A stretch of 64,000 nt of DNA, taken from IMG/VR virus record IMGVR_UViG_3300023179_000009, positions 62,001 to 126,000 of that record; one strand, given 5' to 3'. The notes under the pieces were generated by a model that was not told the origin of the DNA, ran no database searches, and saw nothing but the letters and a program-made list of their open reading frames with translations. Below are positions 49,622-59,043 of this stretch, piece by piece; within the stretch, counting starts at the first letter, position 1; each line of letters opens with the position of its first letter. The position numbers and the translations under genes were made by a program.

Positions 49622-50613
49622 GTGATAAAAAGTTTAAAGAATTTGTTGACCAAGGTGTTGCGGCAGCAAATAATTATTTTTATACTGGTAGATATGTTAA
49701 CGCTTTAGAAATACTGTCAGCAGTTAAACAGGTTGATCCGAATAATGATATTGTTGAGTTGCTTATTCAGAAAATTTGTTGTGAACAATTTAATATCAAG
49801 TCTCCCGATTTAAATTATTATTTTGGAGAACATTGGCTTGGTCAATCGCTAGAAAATAAAAGTATAGAAATTTTTTGTGACCAAGGAATGGGAGACACAA
49901 TAAATTTACTTCGTTATGTAAAACAATTAAAGAAAGAATATCCCAATTGTAAAATTGTTTTGAATTATTATGCTTTTTTTAATCAATTTGAAAGGTTAAT
50001 GCAAAATCAATCTTATATTGATTTATTTACTCCTTTTCACACTAAGTGTGATTATCATACAAATATAATGAGCTTACCTTGTATTCTTAATGGGATACAA
50101 CTTGATATTTATTACCCGGTTCATTTTGATAAAATCTTAGACTTGCCTCCGCCGCCTCAAATTTATTTTGAAGAATTTGAATCTTTAAATTTAAGTGATA
50201 AAAATAAAATAGGTGTAGTTTGGCAAACAAATATAGATAATCCATTATCTAAACAAAAATCAATAAATGTTGAACTTTTTGATATTTTTAAAGATTTAGA
50301 TTTTGAATTTTATTGTTTACAACCACAGGTCAAAACCCCAGATTGGATCGATTGTTTGCCAATCGAAGACCTACACGACACAGCCAGATTCATAACACAA
50401 TGTGATTTTATTATATCTGTTGATACTGTCACACTGCATCTTGCTGGAGTTTTAGGTAAAAAAACTTTTGGATTAATTCCTTTTGATCACGATCCCAGAT
50501 GGGGCGAAGGCTCCAATAACATTTGGTACCCATCAGTGGAGTTGTTTAGACAAAACAATGATCAAGATTGGTCTATTGCTCTAAATCAAATAAAAGATAA
50601 AATAAAAATTTAA
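49618..50613 (+). CDS. TPR plus GT9-like (heptosyltransferase-type) glycosyltransferase
   Basis: DQGMGDTI, IGVVW, IISVDTVTLHLAG, PRWG. Confidence 0.75.
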   Translation: MSDKKFKEFVDQGVAAANNYFYTGRYVNALEILSAVKQVDPNNDIVELLIQKICCEQFNIKSPDLNYYFGEHWLGQSLENKSIEIFCDQGMGDTINLLRYVKQLKKEYPNCKIVLNYYAFFNQFERLMQNQSYIDLFTPFHTKCDYHTNIMSLPCILNGIQLDIYYPVHFDKILDLPPPPQIYFEEFESLNLSDKNKIGVVWQTNIDNPLSKQKSINVELFDIFKDLDFEFYCLQPQVKTPDWIDCLPIEDLHDTARFITQCDFIISVDTVTLHLAGVLGKKTFGLIPFDHDPRWGEGSNNIWYPSVELFRQNNDQDWSIALNQIKDKIKI

Positions 50614-50623
50614 AGGACAAAAA

Positions 50624-52228
50624 ATGAACAAGTCTAAAATGATGAGCGGATCTCCTATCTTAACGGGAGATAATAATATTCCAGGATTAAAGATTCACAA
50701 AGAAGTCTTAAAAGTCCTTCCACAAATAGAAGAATCTTGTCACAAGATGGGCTTAGATTATTTTCCCATTATTGTTGAGTTTGTAAGATATGACGAAATG
50801 GCTGAACTAGCCAGCTACGGAGGGTTTCCTGTTCGCTATCCTCATTGGCGATTTGGCATGGAATATGAAGAGATGGCTCGTGGTTATGAACACGGTCAAT
50901 ATCGTATATCAGAAATGGTGATCAACGCCTGCCCCTGTTACATATATTGCATGGATTCAAATACTTTAGTTGATAATGTTGATGTTATTGCACACGCTAT
51001 TGGTCATAATGATTTTTTTAAGAATAACATCTTTTTTGAGCCAACAGACGAGAATATGATGAACAAGTTGGCAAATCACGGCACAAGGATTAGAAAATAC
51101 ATGGCTCGTTGGGGACACGAAGTCGTAACAGAATTTATAGATCATTGTTTAAGGCTAGATACTTTAATCGATCCTCACCGGGCTTGGCAAAAAAAGAAGA
51201 TCAAACAATCGGTTGTTCGTGATGAAAGAAAATATCAACATCCCAAGCGGCTAAAATCACAAAATAACTATATGGACGAATGGGTCAACAGCAAAGATTA
51301 TATTGATCAACAAAATGAAGATATTAAAAAACAAGAAACGGCCCACTTTCTTGATATTTTTGAGGGATCTTGCAAGGACATTCTTGGTTACTTAAAGGAC
51401 AACGCTCCTTTAAAACCTTGGCAACAAGATATTATTTCTATGCTTTACGATGAAGCAATGTATTTTAGCCCACAACGTGCAACTAAAATGATCAATGAAG
51501 GTTGGGCTAGTTTTGTAGATTACCACATCCTATGTAGGATGGGATTGGCATCATTAGGTCAACCTAGCGAAGATGCCGGTATTTGGCACTACGCAGAACA
51601 CAAAATGAGAGTTCTTGGCGGAAAATATAGTCAAAATCCTTATAAACTTGGTTTTGAATTATTTTTAGACATAGAAGATCGATGGAATAAAGGAAAATTT
51701 GGCGATGATTGGGAAAATTGCAATAACATGCACGAAAAAGAAAATTGGGATAAAAAATTAGGTTTGGGGATGGATAAAATTTTTGAGGTAAGAAAAAATT
51801 ATAATGACTTTCTTATGATTCAAGAATTCTTTACACCCGAATTTTGTGAAAAGAAACAATTTTTTGAATGGAAACATTTTCCTAATGGCGAATATAAAAT
51901 TGTAAATCGTGACTTTAAAAGTATTAAAAAGAAATTATTACAAAAATACTTAAACGCAGGTCTTCCCGATATACGTCTTTTAGACCCCAATCATTTGGGC
52001 AAAGGTTGGTTTTATATGGAACACCAATCAGACGGTAGAACTCTTTATGATAGTTACGCTCGTGAAACTATCACATCTATACAAAAAATTTGGAAAAATG
52101 TTGTGGTTTTGTCCACTAAAAATAAAGATGGAGTCGAGTGCGTTTATGTTTGTGACGGGTCTCAACAAGATAAAAATGTTCATTATATGACTAGAGAAGA
52201 ATATGAAAAAGAATTCCTAAATAATTGA
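50624..52228 (+). CDS. spoVR: SpoVR/YcgB family protein
   Basis: YPHWRFG, EMVIN.CPC, AHAIGHNDFF, TKMINEGWAS, NPYKLG. Confidence 0.93.
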   Translation: MNKSKMMSGSPILTGDNNIPGLKIHKEVLKVLPQIEESCHKMGLDYFPIIVEFVRYDEMAELASYGGFPVRYPHWRFGMEYEEMARGYEHGQYRISEMVINACPCYIYCMDSNTLVDNVDVIAHAIGHNDFFKNNIFFEPTDENMMNKLANHGTRIRKYMARWGHEVVTEFIDHCLRLDTLIDPHRAWQKKKIKQSVVRDERKYQHPKRLKSQNNYMDEWVNSKDYIDQQNEDIKKQETAHFLDIFEGSCKDILGYLKDNAPLKPWQQDIISMLYDEAMYFSPQRATKMINEGWASFVDYHILCRMGLASLGQPSEDAGIWHYAEHKMRVLGGKYSQNPYKLGFELFLDIEDRWNKGKFGDDWENCNNMHEKENWDKKLGLGMDKIFEVRKNYNDFLMIQEFFTPEFCEKKQFFEWKHFPNGEYKIVNRDFKSIKKKLLQKYLNAGLPDIRLLDPNHLGKGWFYMEHQSDGRTLYDSYARETITSIQKIWKNVVVLSTKNKDGVECVYVCDGSQQDKNVHYMTREEYEKEFLNN

Positions 52229-52229
52229 T

Positions 52230-53003
52230 ATGGAAAACATACCTCAAATTAGAACTCTTTTCATATCGGATGTTCATTTAGGAAGCAGGCATTCTTCAAC
52301 TAAAAATTTATTAGAGTTTTTAAATTACATAAAAGAAAATCATAAAATAGAAAAATTGTATATAGTTGGAGATTTTATAGACGGTTGGAAATTAAAGAGA
52401 AATTGGTATTGGAACGATGAAGCCAGTTTAGTTCTTAGAAAAATATTAAGCTTTTTAAGAAGAGAAACAGAAATTTATTATATCGCTGGAAATCATGACG
52501 AATTCATCAGGATATTTATAGAAGATTTTCATATAGGAGACTTTGGATCCATTCACATAGGTAATGAGTTTATTCATAAAACTATAGATGGTAAAAATTT
52601 ATTAGTCGTTCATGGTGATATTTTTGATTTTGCAACAAAGTATGCAAAATGGTTATGTTTTTTAGGAGATATAGGTTATAGTTTACTTTTAAGATTAAAT
52701 AAACTGGTGTCTTTTGTAAGATCTAAATTTAAATTAAAAAATTGGTCTCTAAGTAAGGCTATTAAACACAATGTTAAACACGCAGTCAACTTTATAAGTG
52801 ATTTTGAAAATTGTTTAATTTCTTATACAAAAGAAAAAAAATGTGACGGCTGTATATGCGGTCACATTCACACGCCCGATCTAAAACAGTTATCAGATGG
52901 TTTTATTTACGCCAATACTGGTGATTGGGTAGAATCATGCACCGCAATTTATGAAGATTTTGATGGCAAAATTTTTTTGTTAAATTATAATGTCCCTAGT
53001 TAG
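52230..53003 (+). CDS. LpxH-like metallophosphoesterase
   Basis: FISDVHLG, VGDFID, AGNHD, VHGD, CGHIH. Confidence 0.85.
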   Translation: MENIPQIRTLFISDVHLGSRHSSTKNLLEFLNYIKENHKIEKLYIVGDFIDGWKLKRNWYWNDEASLVLRKILSFLRRETEIYYIAGNHDEFIRIFIEDFHIGDFGSIHIGNEFIHKTIDGKNLLVVHGDIFDFATKYAKWLCFLGDIGYSLLLRLNKLVSFVRSKFKLKNWSLSKAIKHNVKHAVNFISDFENCLISYTKEKKCDGCICGHIHTPDLKQLSDGFIYANTGDWVESCTAIYEDFDGKIFLLNYNVPS

Positions 53004-53323
53004 ATATCCACCGCCTCACTAAATGCCCTATCTATATCATTTTCGGTTAATCCAAGGCTTTGCGTAAGTGGGACCAACATAGGATGACTACGCTCAATAT
53101 ATGGAGCGTATTCCCATTCGACAGATACGCTATCTCGCAAAACTGGATCTTCAATAGTACTAATAGCATCATATGTTTCTAACAACCCATCGGGCGTAAT
53201 TAAATTTAAAATTGAAGATATTGTCAGTTTTTCTGTTGTGTTTCCAGCAGAATTAGTTGCTGGAATAATATAATTTGCATCTGGTATACCTAAAGGCAGT
53301 TCACTAATTTTTATATTTGCCAT
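53000..53323 (-). CDS. Tail-fibre-associated-like small protein
   Basis: MANIKISELP start; WEYA..IER.HP...LGLT..ID..F. Confidence 0.5.
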   Translation of the reverse strand: MANIKISELPLGIPDANYIIPATNSAGNTTEKLTISSILNLITPDGLLETYDAISTIEDPVLRDSVSVEWEYAPYIERSHPMLVPLTQSLGLTENDIDRAFSEAVDI

Positions 53324-53434
53324 ATTTTATCTAATTTTTTAGACTTTTTGGTTCTAAATTGATTTCTAAAAATTACATATCTATGTATAATGTAGAATAT
53401 GGTTTCTTGTTAATAACCAGAAAGGGCAAAAAAT

Positions 53435-54103
53435 ATGCCTCAAGCCAAACAACAAACTCTTTATGATTTGCACACACATTGCATCAATCCGAACACCAGA
53501 GATATTTACTTGCACTCTCACTACACCGAGGACACCGAAGGATCAGAACCTGGGGTTGAATATCGGCAAGCAACAACTTTTATAAAAAATCTTCAATTTT
53601 TAGATCAACCTCAATACAAACCCATACTAGTTCATATCCATTCTCAAGGAGGAAATTGGGACGATGGAATGGCAATGTTTAATTCAGTTCAAGCTTGTCA
53701 ATCGTATGTGACGATGCTTGCTTATTCTCAGGCATCGTCAATGAGCGGTATTATCCTTCAATCGGCACACTTAAGAATAATGATGCCAGATTGTCATTTT
53801 TTAATGCATCACGGATGGAGCGGCGGAGGTCTAATTCATCCTTTTGGTTTAAAAAATGAAGCAGAGTTTCAAATAAGGGCAACAAAAAGAATGTTGCAGA
53901 TATTTGCCGAACGTGCTATTGTAGGGCCTTACTTCAAGAATAAAAAATCGACTAACAAACATTCGATTTATAATTTCTTTGATAAAAAACTTAAAACAGA
54001 GGTTGATTGGTATCTTAATGCGGAAGAATCCGTTTTTTATGGGTTGGCTGATTATATTTTAGGTTGTGAAACATATCCTAATGTTCAATCCTTAAGAGAA
54101 TAA
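53435..54103 (+). CDS. clpP: ClpP-like protease
   Basis: IHSQGG, ASSMSG (Ser), LMHH (His), AEESVFYGLAD. Confidence 0.85.
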   Translation: MPQAKQQTLYDLHTHCINPNTRDIYLHSHYTEDTEGSEPGVEYRQATTFIKNLQFLDQPQYKPILVHIHSQGGNWDDGMAMFNSVQACQSYVTMLAYSQASSMSGIILQSAHLRIMMPDCHFLMHHGWSGGGLIHPFGLKNEAEFQIRATKRMLQIFAERAIVGPYFKNKKSTNKHSIYNFFDKKLKTEVDWYLNAEESVFYGLADYILGCETYPNVQSLRE

Positions 54104-54137
54104 GATAACATTTTTAACCTCTCAAAGGAGTGAGAGA

Positions 54138-54674
54138 GTGAAAAATAAAAGATTTAGTCATAGTCTTAAACAAAAGTACGATTTGCTCGGTAAAAAATTA
54201 GCCGCTGAAATAATGCAAGACATTGTTAAGGCAAAGTTAATCACAGATAATCTTAAAGAAGATTCTGGCGACTTCACAGACGGTTTTTGGGACCAAAAAT
54301 ATCGTCTTCCCAGTGGCAAAGAATTAAAAGTTGAGCCAGAGATGAAAGATGAAAAGTGGTGGGGAAATCAATGGTCTTCTTCAAGGCCATTTCGATATGA
54401 AGACATGGATATTCCCTTTAGAAAAGCAAAAAATCAAGCACACCTTCACATCGTTATCAGTACTTGTGAGAATTTTGCTTTTTTACTTACTAGAGATGCC
54501 ATGAATGAAGCTCTTGAAGAATCTGGCGGAATGCCTAAGATTAAGAAAACAATTTATGAACCTAACGGTGCGGCCTACTTTAGCACCCCAGTAAATAAAG
54601 GTTATTTTGTTTACAGGAAAAAAGATGGTCGTTGGGCTAAGTGGAAAAAATTAGCAAAGGAATTAGTTAAATGA
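54138..54674 (+). CDS. Hypothetical protein
   Basis: 178 aa, SD AAGGAG. Confidence 0.65.
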   Translation: MKNKRFSHSLKQKYDLLGKKLAAEIMQDIVKAKLITDNLKEDSGDFTDGFWDQKYRLPSGKELKVEPEMKDEKWWGNQWSSSRPFRYEDMDIPFRKAKNQAHLHIVISTCENFAFLLTRDAMNEALEESGGMPKIKKTIYEPNGAAYFSTPVNKGYFVYRKKDGRWAKWKKLAKELVK

Positions 54675-55753
54675 GGATACAAAATGAGATTTGTTTAGAC
54701 TATTCAGATGTTTTGATTTGTCCAAAAAGAAGCGAGTCTCCGAGTAGAAAAAATGTAATTTTAAAAAGAAAATTTACATTTTTGAACTCAAAACAAACTT
54801 GGGAAGGTGTTCCTTTGGTGGCAGCAAACATGTCAACCATAGGCACGTTTGCGATGGCTAAAGTGTTTAATAAACATGGCATGAAGGTTTGTTTACACAA
54901 ACACTACACAGTTGAGCAATTAGTTGATTTTTTTAAAGACAATCAAGCTTTTTACACACTTGGCATTAAAGATTTTGATTTTGAAAAATTAAATCATTTT
55001 GTAAATCAGCATGGTCAGCCTCCTAAGTATATTTGCTTAGATGTTGCAAACGGTTATACAAAGTTTTTTGTTGAAAAATGCAGACAAATCAGAGATAATT
55101 TTCCAGAATCGGTTTTGATGGCCGGAAATGTTTGCACTCCAGAAATGGTTCAAGAACTTCTTCTTTCTGGTGGCGTGGATATTGTTAAAATTGGTATTGG
55201 CGGCGGGTCTGCATGCACCACAAGATTGGTAGCCGGTGTGGGAGTACCCCAATTCACGGCTGTGACAGAATGTGCGGATGCCGCACATGGATTAAGAGGT
55301 CACATTGTGGCCGATGGTGGTTGCGTAACATCTGGTGATGTGGCGAAGGCATTTGGTGGTGGTGCTGATTTTGTGATGCTTGGCGGCATGTTAAGCGGAC
55401 ACGAAGAGTGCGAAGGAGATTGGGAATACGAGTGGAAAACACAATCGGGTTTTTTTCAACCAATAGATCCTGGGTACCCTACCGAAAAGAAAAAGAAGAC
55501 TTTGCTTTTTTATGGCATGAGCAGCAAAGAAGCCATGGAAAAGTTTAATGGAGGTCAATCTGGCTATCGAGCTAGTGAAGGAAGATCAGTTCGTGTACCC
55601 TATAGAGGATTTGTGGAAGATACTCTTCTTGAAATAATGGGTGGAGTTCGAAGTGCTTGCACTTATGTCGGGACAGAGAGTTTGAAAGATTTTAGTAAGT
55701 GTTGTACATTTGTTCGAGTCAACAACACCCACAACAAGGTTTTTGAAAAATGA
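54671..55753 (+). CDS. guaC: GMP reductase
   Basis: LDYSDVLI, DVANGY, KIGIGGGSACTTR, ADGG, RSACTYVG; no CBS domains. Confidence 0.93.
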   Translation: MRIQNEICLDYSDVLICPKRSESPSRKNVILKRKFTFLNSKQTWEGVPLVAANMSTIGTFAMAKVFNKHGMKVCLHKHYTVEQLVDFFKDNQAFYTLGIKDFDFEKLNHFVNQHGQPPKYICLDVANGYTKFFVEKCRQIRDNFPESVLMAGNVCTPEMVQELLLSGGVDIVKIGIGGGSACTTRLVAGVGVPQFTAVTECADAAHGLRGHIVADGGCVTSGDVAKAFGGGADFVMLGGMLSGHEECEGDWEYEWKTQSGFFQPIDPGYPTEKKKKTLLFYGMSSKEAMEKFNGGQSGYRASEGRSVRVPYRGFVEDTLLEIMGGVRSACTYVGTESLKDFSKCCTFVRVNNTHNKVFEK

Positions 55754-56121
55754 GACATGTAACTTTAAAAGATTTTTTTCAAAGCGTTAGTTACAAAATA
55801 AACGACTCCTCAGAATACATGTGGGAGTGTTATGGCAAAAATGCTTTTTCTTTGGATGTGGACAAAAAACGGGGAAAAGAATTTACTTTCTCCACTGGAA
55901 TTATTTTTGATACAAAAACTTCTAAAGTTTATCAGATGGATTCTTGGGATTATAAAAAAAGAATTATATATCGGTGGATTAATCCTAGTTATGTTAAAAA
56001 ATACTTAAAAGAATCTAAAAAAAGAGGCATTGATCCTTTTAAGGATGAAGAGCAATTTAAAATAATGGATGTTTCGGCAACTAAGATTCTTAGAGAAACT
56101 AAAATTGCCATGTCAAAATAG
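55750..56121 (+). CDS. Hypothetical protein
   Basis: 123-aa ORF. Confidence 0.65.
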   Translation: MRHVTLKDFFQSVSYKINDSSEYMWECYGKNAFSLDVDKKRGKEFTFSTGIIFDTKTSKVYQMDSWDYKKRIIYRWINPSYVKKYLKESKKRGIDPFKDEEQFKIMDVSATKILRETKIAMSK

Positions 56122-56215
56122 TTTTCCTTGACACTCAACAAGATTTGTGCAAAGATCAATACGGTGTAAGCGATGGTTCTTGCGTTTCGGAATTAAATGA
56201 TTTTAGGAGATAAAA

Positions 56216-59043
56216 TTGGAAACTACAGGATACGAAAACCTTCATAGACATAGCGATTTTAGCCTCAAAATTTAGGGGCCTTAATGACGAAAGTCATTAA
56301 GCAAACTGGATGAATTCGGGGAAGCCCTAACGTAAAGACGAGGGTAATCCCGAGCCAAGCATGTAATGCATTACATGAAGGTGTAGAGACTACTGGCGAG
56401 GTTTAGCCCTCTTAATTACCAGCAAGAGCGTCCAGCACCCCTAGGGGTGATGATATAGTCCACTCCACAAGAAACTGTGGGCAAAAGTGCTTAGACGGGT
56501 TTGCAAAAGTATCTGAATATGCCGAGTATCAAAAGCAAATAAATCAAAAGTATTTGTGTATCACCGATCATGGTGTGATGGGGGCTATTCCACAACAAGT
56601 TGCAGAATCTGAAAAACATAATTTATATCCTTTGTTTGGATGTGAACTTTATGTTAATCCGATGCAACCAAAAGTTTCTTCACGATCAGAGTCGGCGGAG
56701 TTTCGTAAATCTTTAGAAGATGAAGCAACGCAAAAAAAGTTTGATAAATCTTATCATTTATTGGCCATAGCCTACAATGATGAGGGTTATTCTAATCTTG
56801 TTCGTTTAACTTCTTGGGGCTGGATACACGGCTTCTATAGAAAGCCTAGGGTAAATCATGAAGCACTCATGAAATATAAAGAAGGAATTGTGTTCACCTC
56901 CGCCTGTGCCAACTCAGAAATAGCAAGAGCTTTTTTTGATGGTGGCGACGAGGCTGGCTTCGCCATGTTGGAAAAATATATGGCTATGTTTGGTGAGCAT
57001 TTTTATCTTGAACTTATGATGCTCGATTTTAAAGATCAAAAGCCTTATGATGCTTTTTTAATTCGTGCTCATGATAAGTATCATGTTCCGCTGACAATGA
57101 GCACCGATTGTTTTGTTAAAGGCACTTTGGTTCTAACTAATTTTGGTTTCAAAAATATCGAAGAAATTAAAGTTGGCGATAAGGTTTTTACTCATAAAAA
57201 CAGGTGGAGGTTAGTTGAACATGTTGGATCACGTTCACTAAGATCAAATGAAAAAATTTACCGTGTATCAACTAGTGCTGGTACATTTGCTTATGAAGCT
57301 ACGGGCAATCACGAAGTATATGTGGCCACTTATGAAAAAAATAAATGGAACTTTGATTGGGTAAGAACAGACGGATTGAAATCAAAAGAACACCACCTCA
57401 CAGTTCCTAAGATAAGTGAATCTAAAGTTTTCTCCGAAAAGGATTTAAGCGAAATAGATATTTTGTCCTTCTTGAAAAAAGAAGATTTTCAAGAAGGAAC
57501 AGACTACAAATCATCCAGAAAAGGCAACATGGGTTGCCGCCTTCAGTTCAACAGGGACACTCAAGAATTTTGGTCTTATCGTGGTTGGGATAGAAAATTT
57601 AGAACCACTATTCCCAGAATGTTAAAGGTAGATGATGATTTTGTTAAAATGTTGGGATGGTATATCGCTGAAGGTTGGAGTGAAAAAAATAGCAATCAGG
57701 TGGGTTTTGCTTTTCACATAGAAGAAAAACATGTAGCTGAGTGGTTAATTTCTTATTTTTCACGTTTTGATATTATTGCAAAGATTTATAAGGTCTCTGA
57801 GAACGGTATAGCAATTCGTTTTTCTTCAGTTGTCTTTAATCGTCTTTTGGGTCAAATGTGTGGTTTTGGTGCTAAAAACAAACATCTACCGAAGCCCAAC
57901 AATCAAGTTTGGCTAAAGATGTGGTCGAAAAGACAACTTTCTATGATTATTCGTGAGTATTGGCGTGGCGATGGGGGCAACGCTGCAAATAATGATGGTT
58001 TTATTTTCACATCCACATCTAAAATTTTAATACAAGAGATCGCTTTTGTTTTTAATTCTTGTGGTGTTTTTTCTTTACCTTGTGAAGAAAAAAATAGAAA
58101 AGATACATGGAATACCAAAAAATATATATCCTACACGGGAGGAAGAGGCGATCAAGTGTTGTCTTTTTTAACGAATGGAGATTGTAAGCCTTTTTTGCAC
58201 AAGGAAGTAATTGAATTTAAAGATTATTATTTGGTGCCAATCAAAGAAATCACTGCTCTTAAACACCAAGAACAAGAAGTTCACTGTTTTCAGGTAAAGG
58301 ACGATCATTCGTTCACTGCTAATCTTTACGCTGTGAGTAACTGCCACTACTGTCTTAAAGAGCAAAGTCATAATCAACGTCTTATGCTCATGCAGCAAAA
58401 CAAAAGAACGCTTGCTGAGATGGAGGCACTTGTAGAATCCGGCCAAGCAGAGGATCTATTTGAACTACAAGACACAAATCTATGGCTGAAGAGTGAGGAT
58501 GAACTAAATGAAATGTGGGAAGAAAAATTTCAAGATGTTATCGATTATGAACTTTTCAAACAATCCAAAGCAAACACAGTCAAGATTGCAGAGTTTGCCA
58601 AAGGCGTACAAATCAATAAAGAAATAAAACTTCCTAAAATAAATGACGCAGATGCACTTTTGTGGGAAGAAATCAAAAAAGGTTTTATGAAGCGTGGTTG
58701 TCCTAGAACTCCTGTTTATATAAAGCGAATCCGTGAAGAATACGATCTAATTTCAGAGAAGGGCTTTTCTAGTTACTTTTTAATTCAAAAAATGATGGTG
58801 GATGAAGCTCGAAGGAAGAGTCCAGAGATATTAGGTTTTGGAGACGGATCAGAAGCCGTTGGTCCTGGTAGAGGTTCGGTTGCTGGCTCTTTGGTTGCCT
58901 ATTGTCTTCGTCTTCATGATGTGGAGCCAATATTCCACGATTTGAGATTTAGTCGTTTTCTAAGTCCAGCACGTGGTGGCAAGCAAATGAAAATTCGCCA
59001 CACAATAGACCCAATATCTCATGAATCAATCAATTTGGATTAA
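56216..59043 (+). CDS. dnaE: DNA polymerase III alpha, N-terminal part only (PHP plus start of palm); exons 56216-56265 and 56490-59043; contains intein
   Basis: TTG start after AGGAGA; spliced HRHSDFSLLDG, TDHG, GCE, STD|CHY, GPGRGSVAGSLVAY, RFSRFLSPAR then stop. Confidence 0.9.
56266..56489 (+). ncRNA. Group I intron (224 nt, no ORF) in dnaE
   Basis: P GAATTCGGGGAA, Q AATCCCGAGC, R GTAGAGACTA (56383), S GATATAGTCC (56452); U.G in P1, terminal G; removal restores the frame. Confidence 0.92.
57109..58341 (+). mobile_element. Intein with LAGLIDADG endonuclease (411 aa) in DnaE PHP domain
   Basis: CFVKGTLVLT...VGDKV, ATGNHEV, MLGWYIAEG, REYWRGDG, ...AVSN|C. Confidence 0.93.

Noticed and set aside
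58960-59043. Split intein or trans-splicing intron at the DnaE C-terminus
   Set aside because: No intein block A and no group I/II core motifs; convergent gene begins at once
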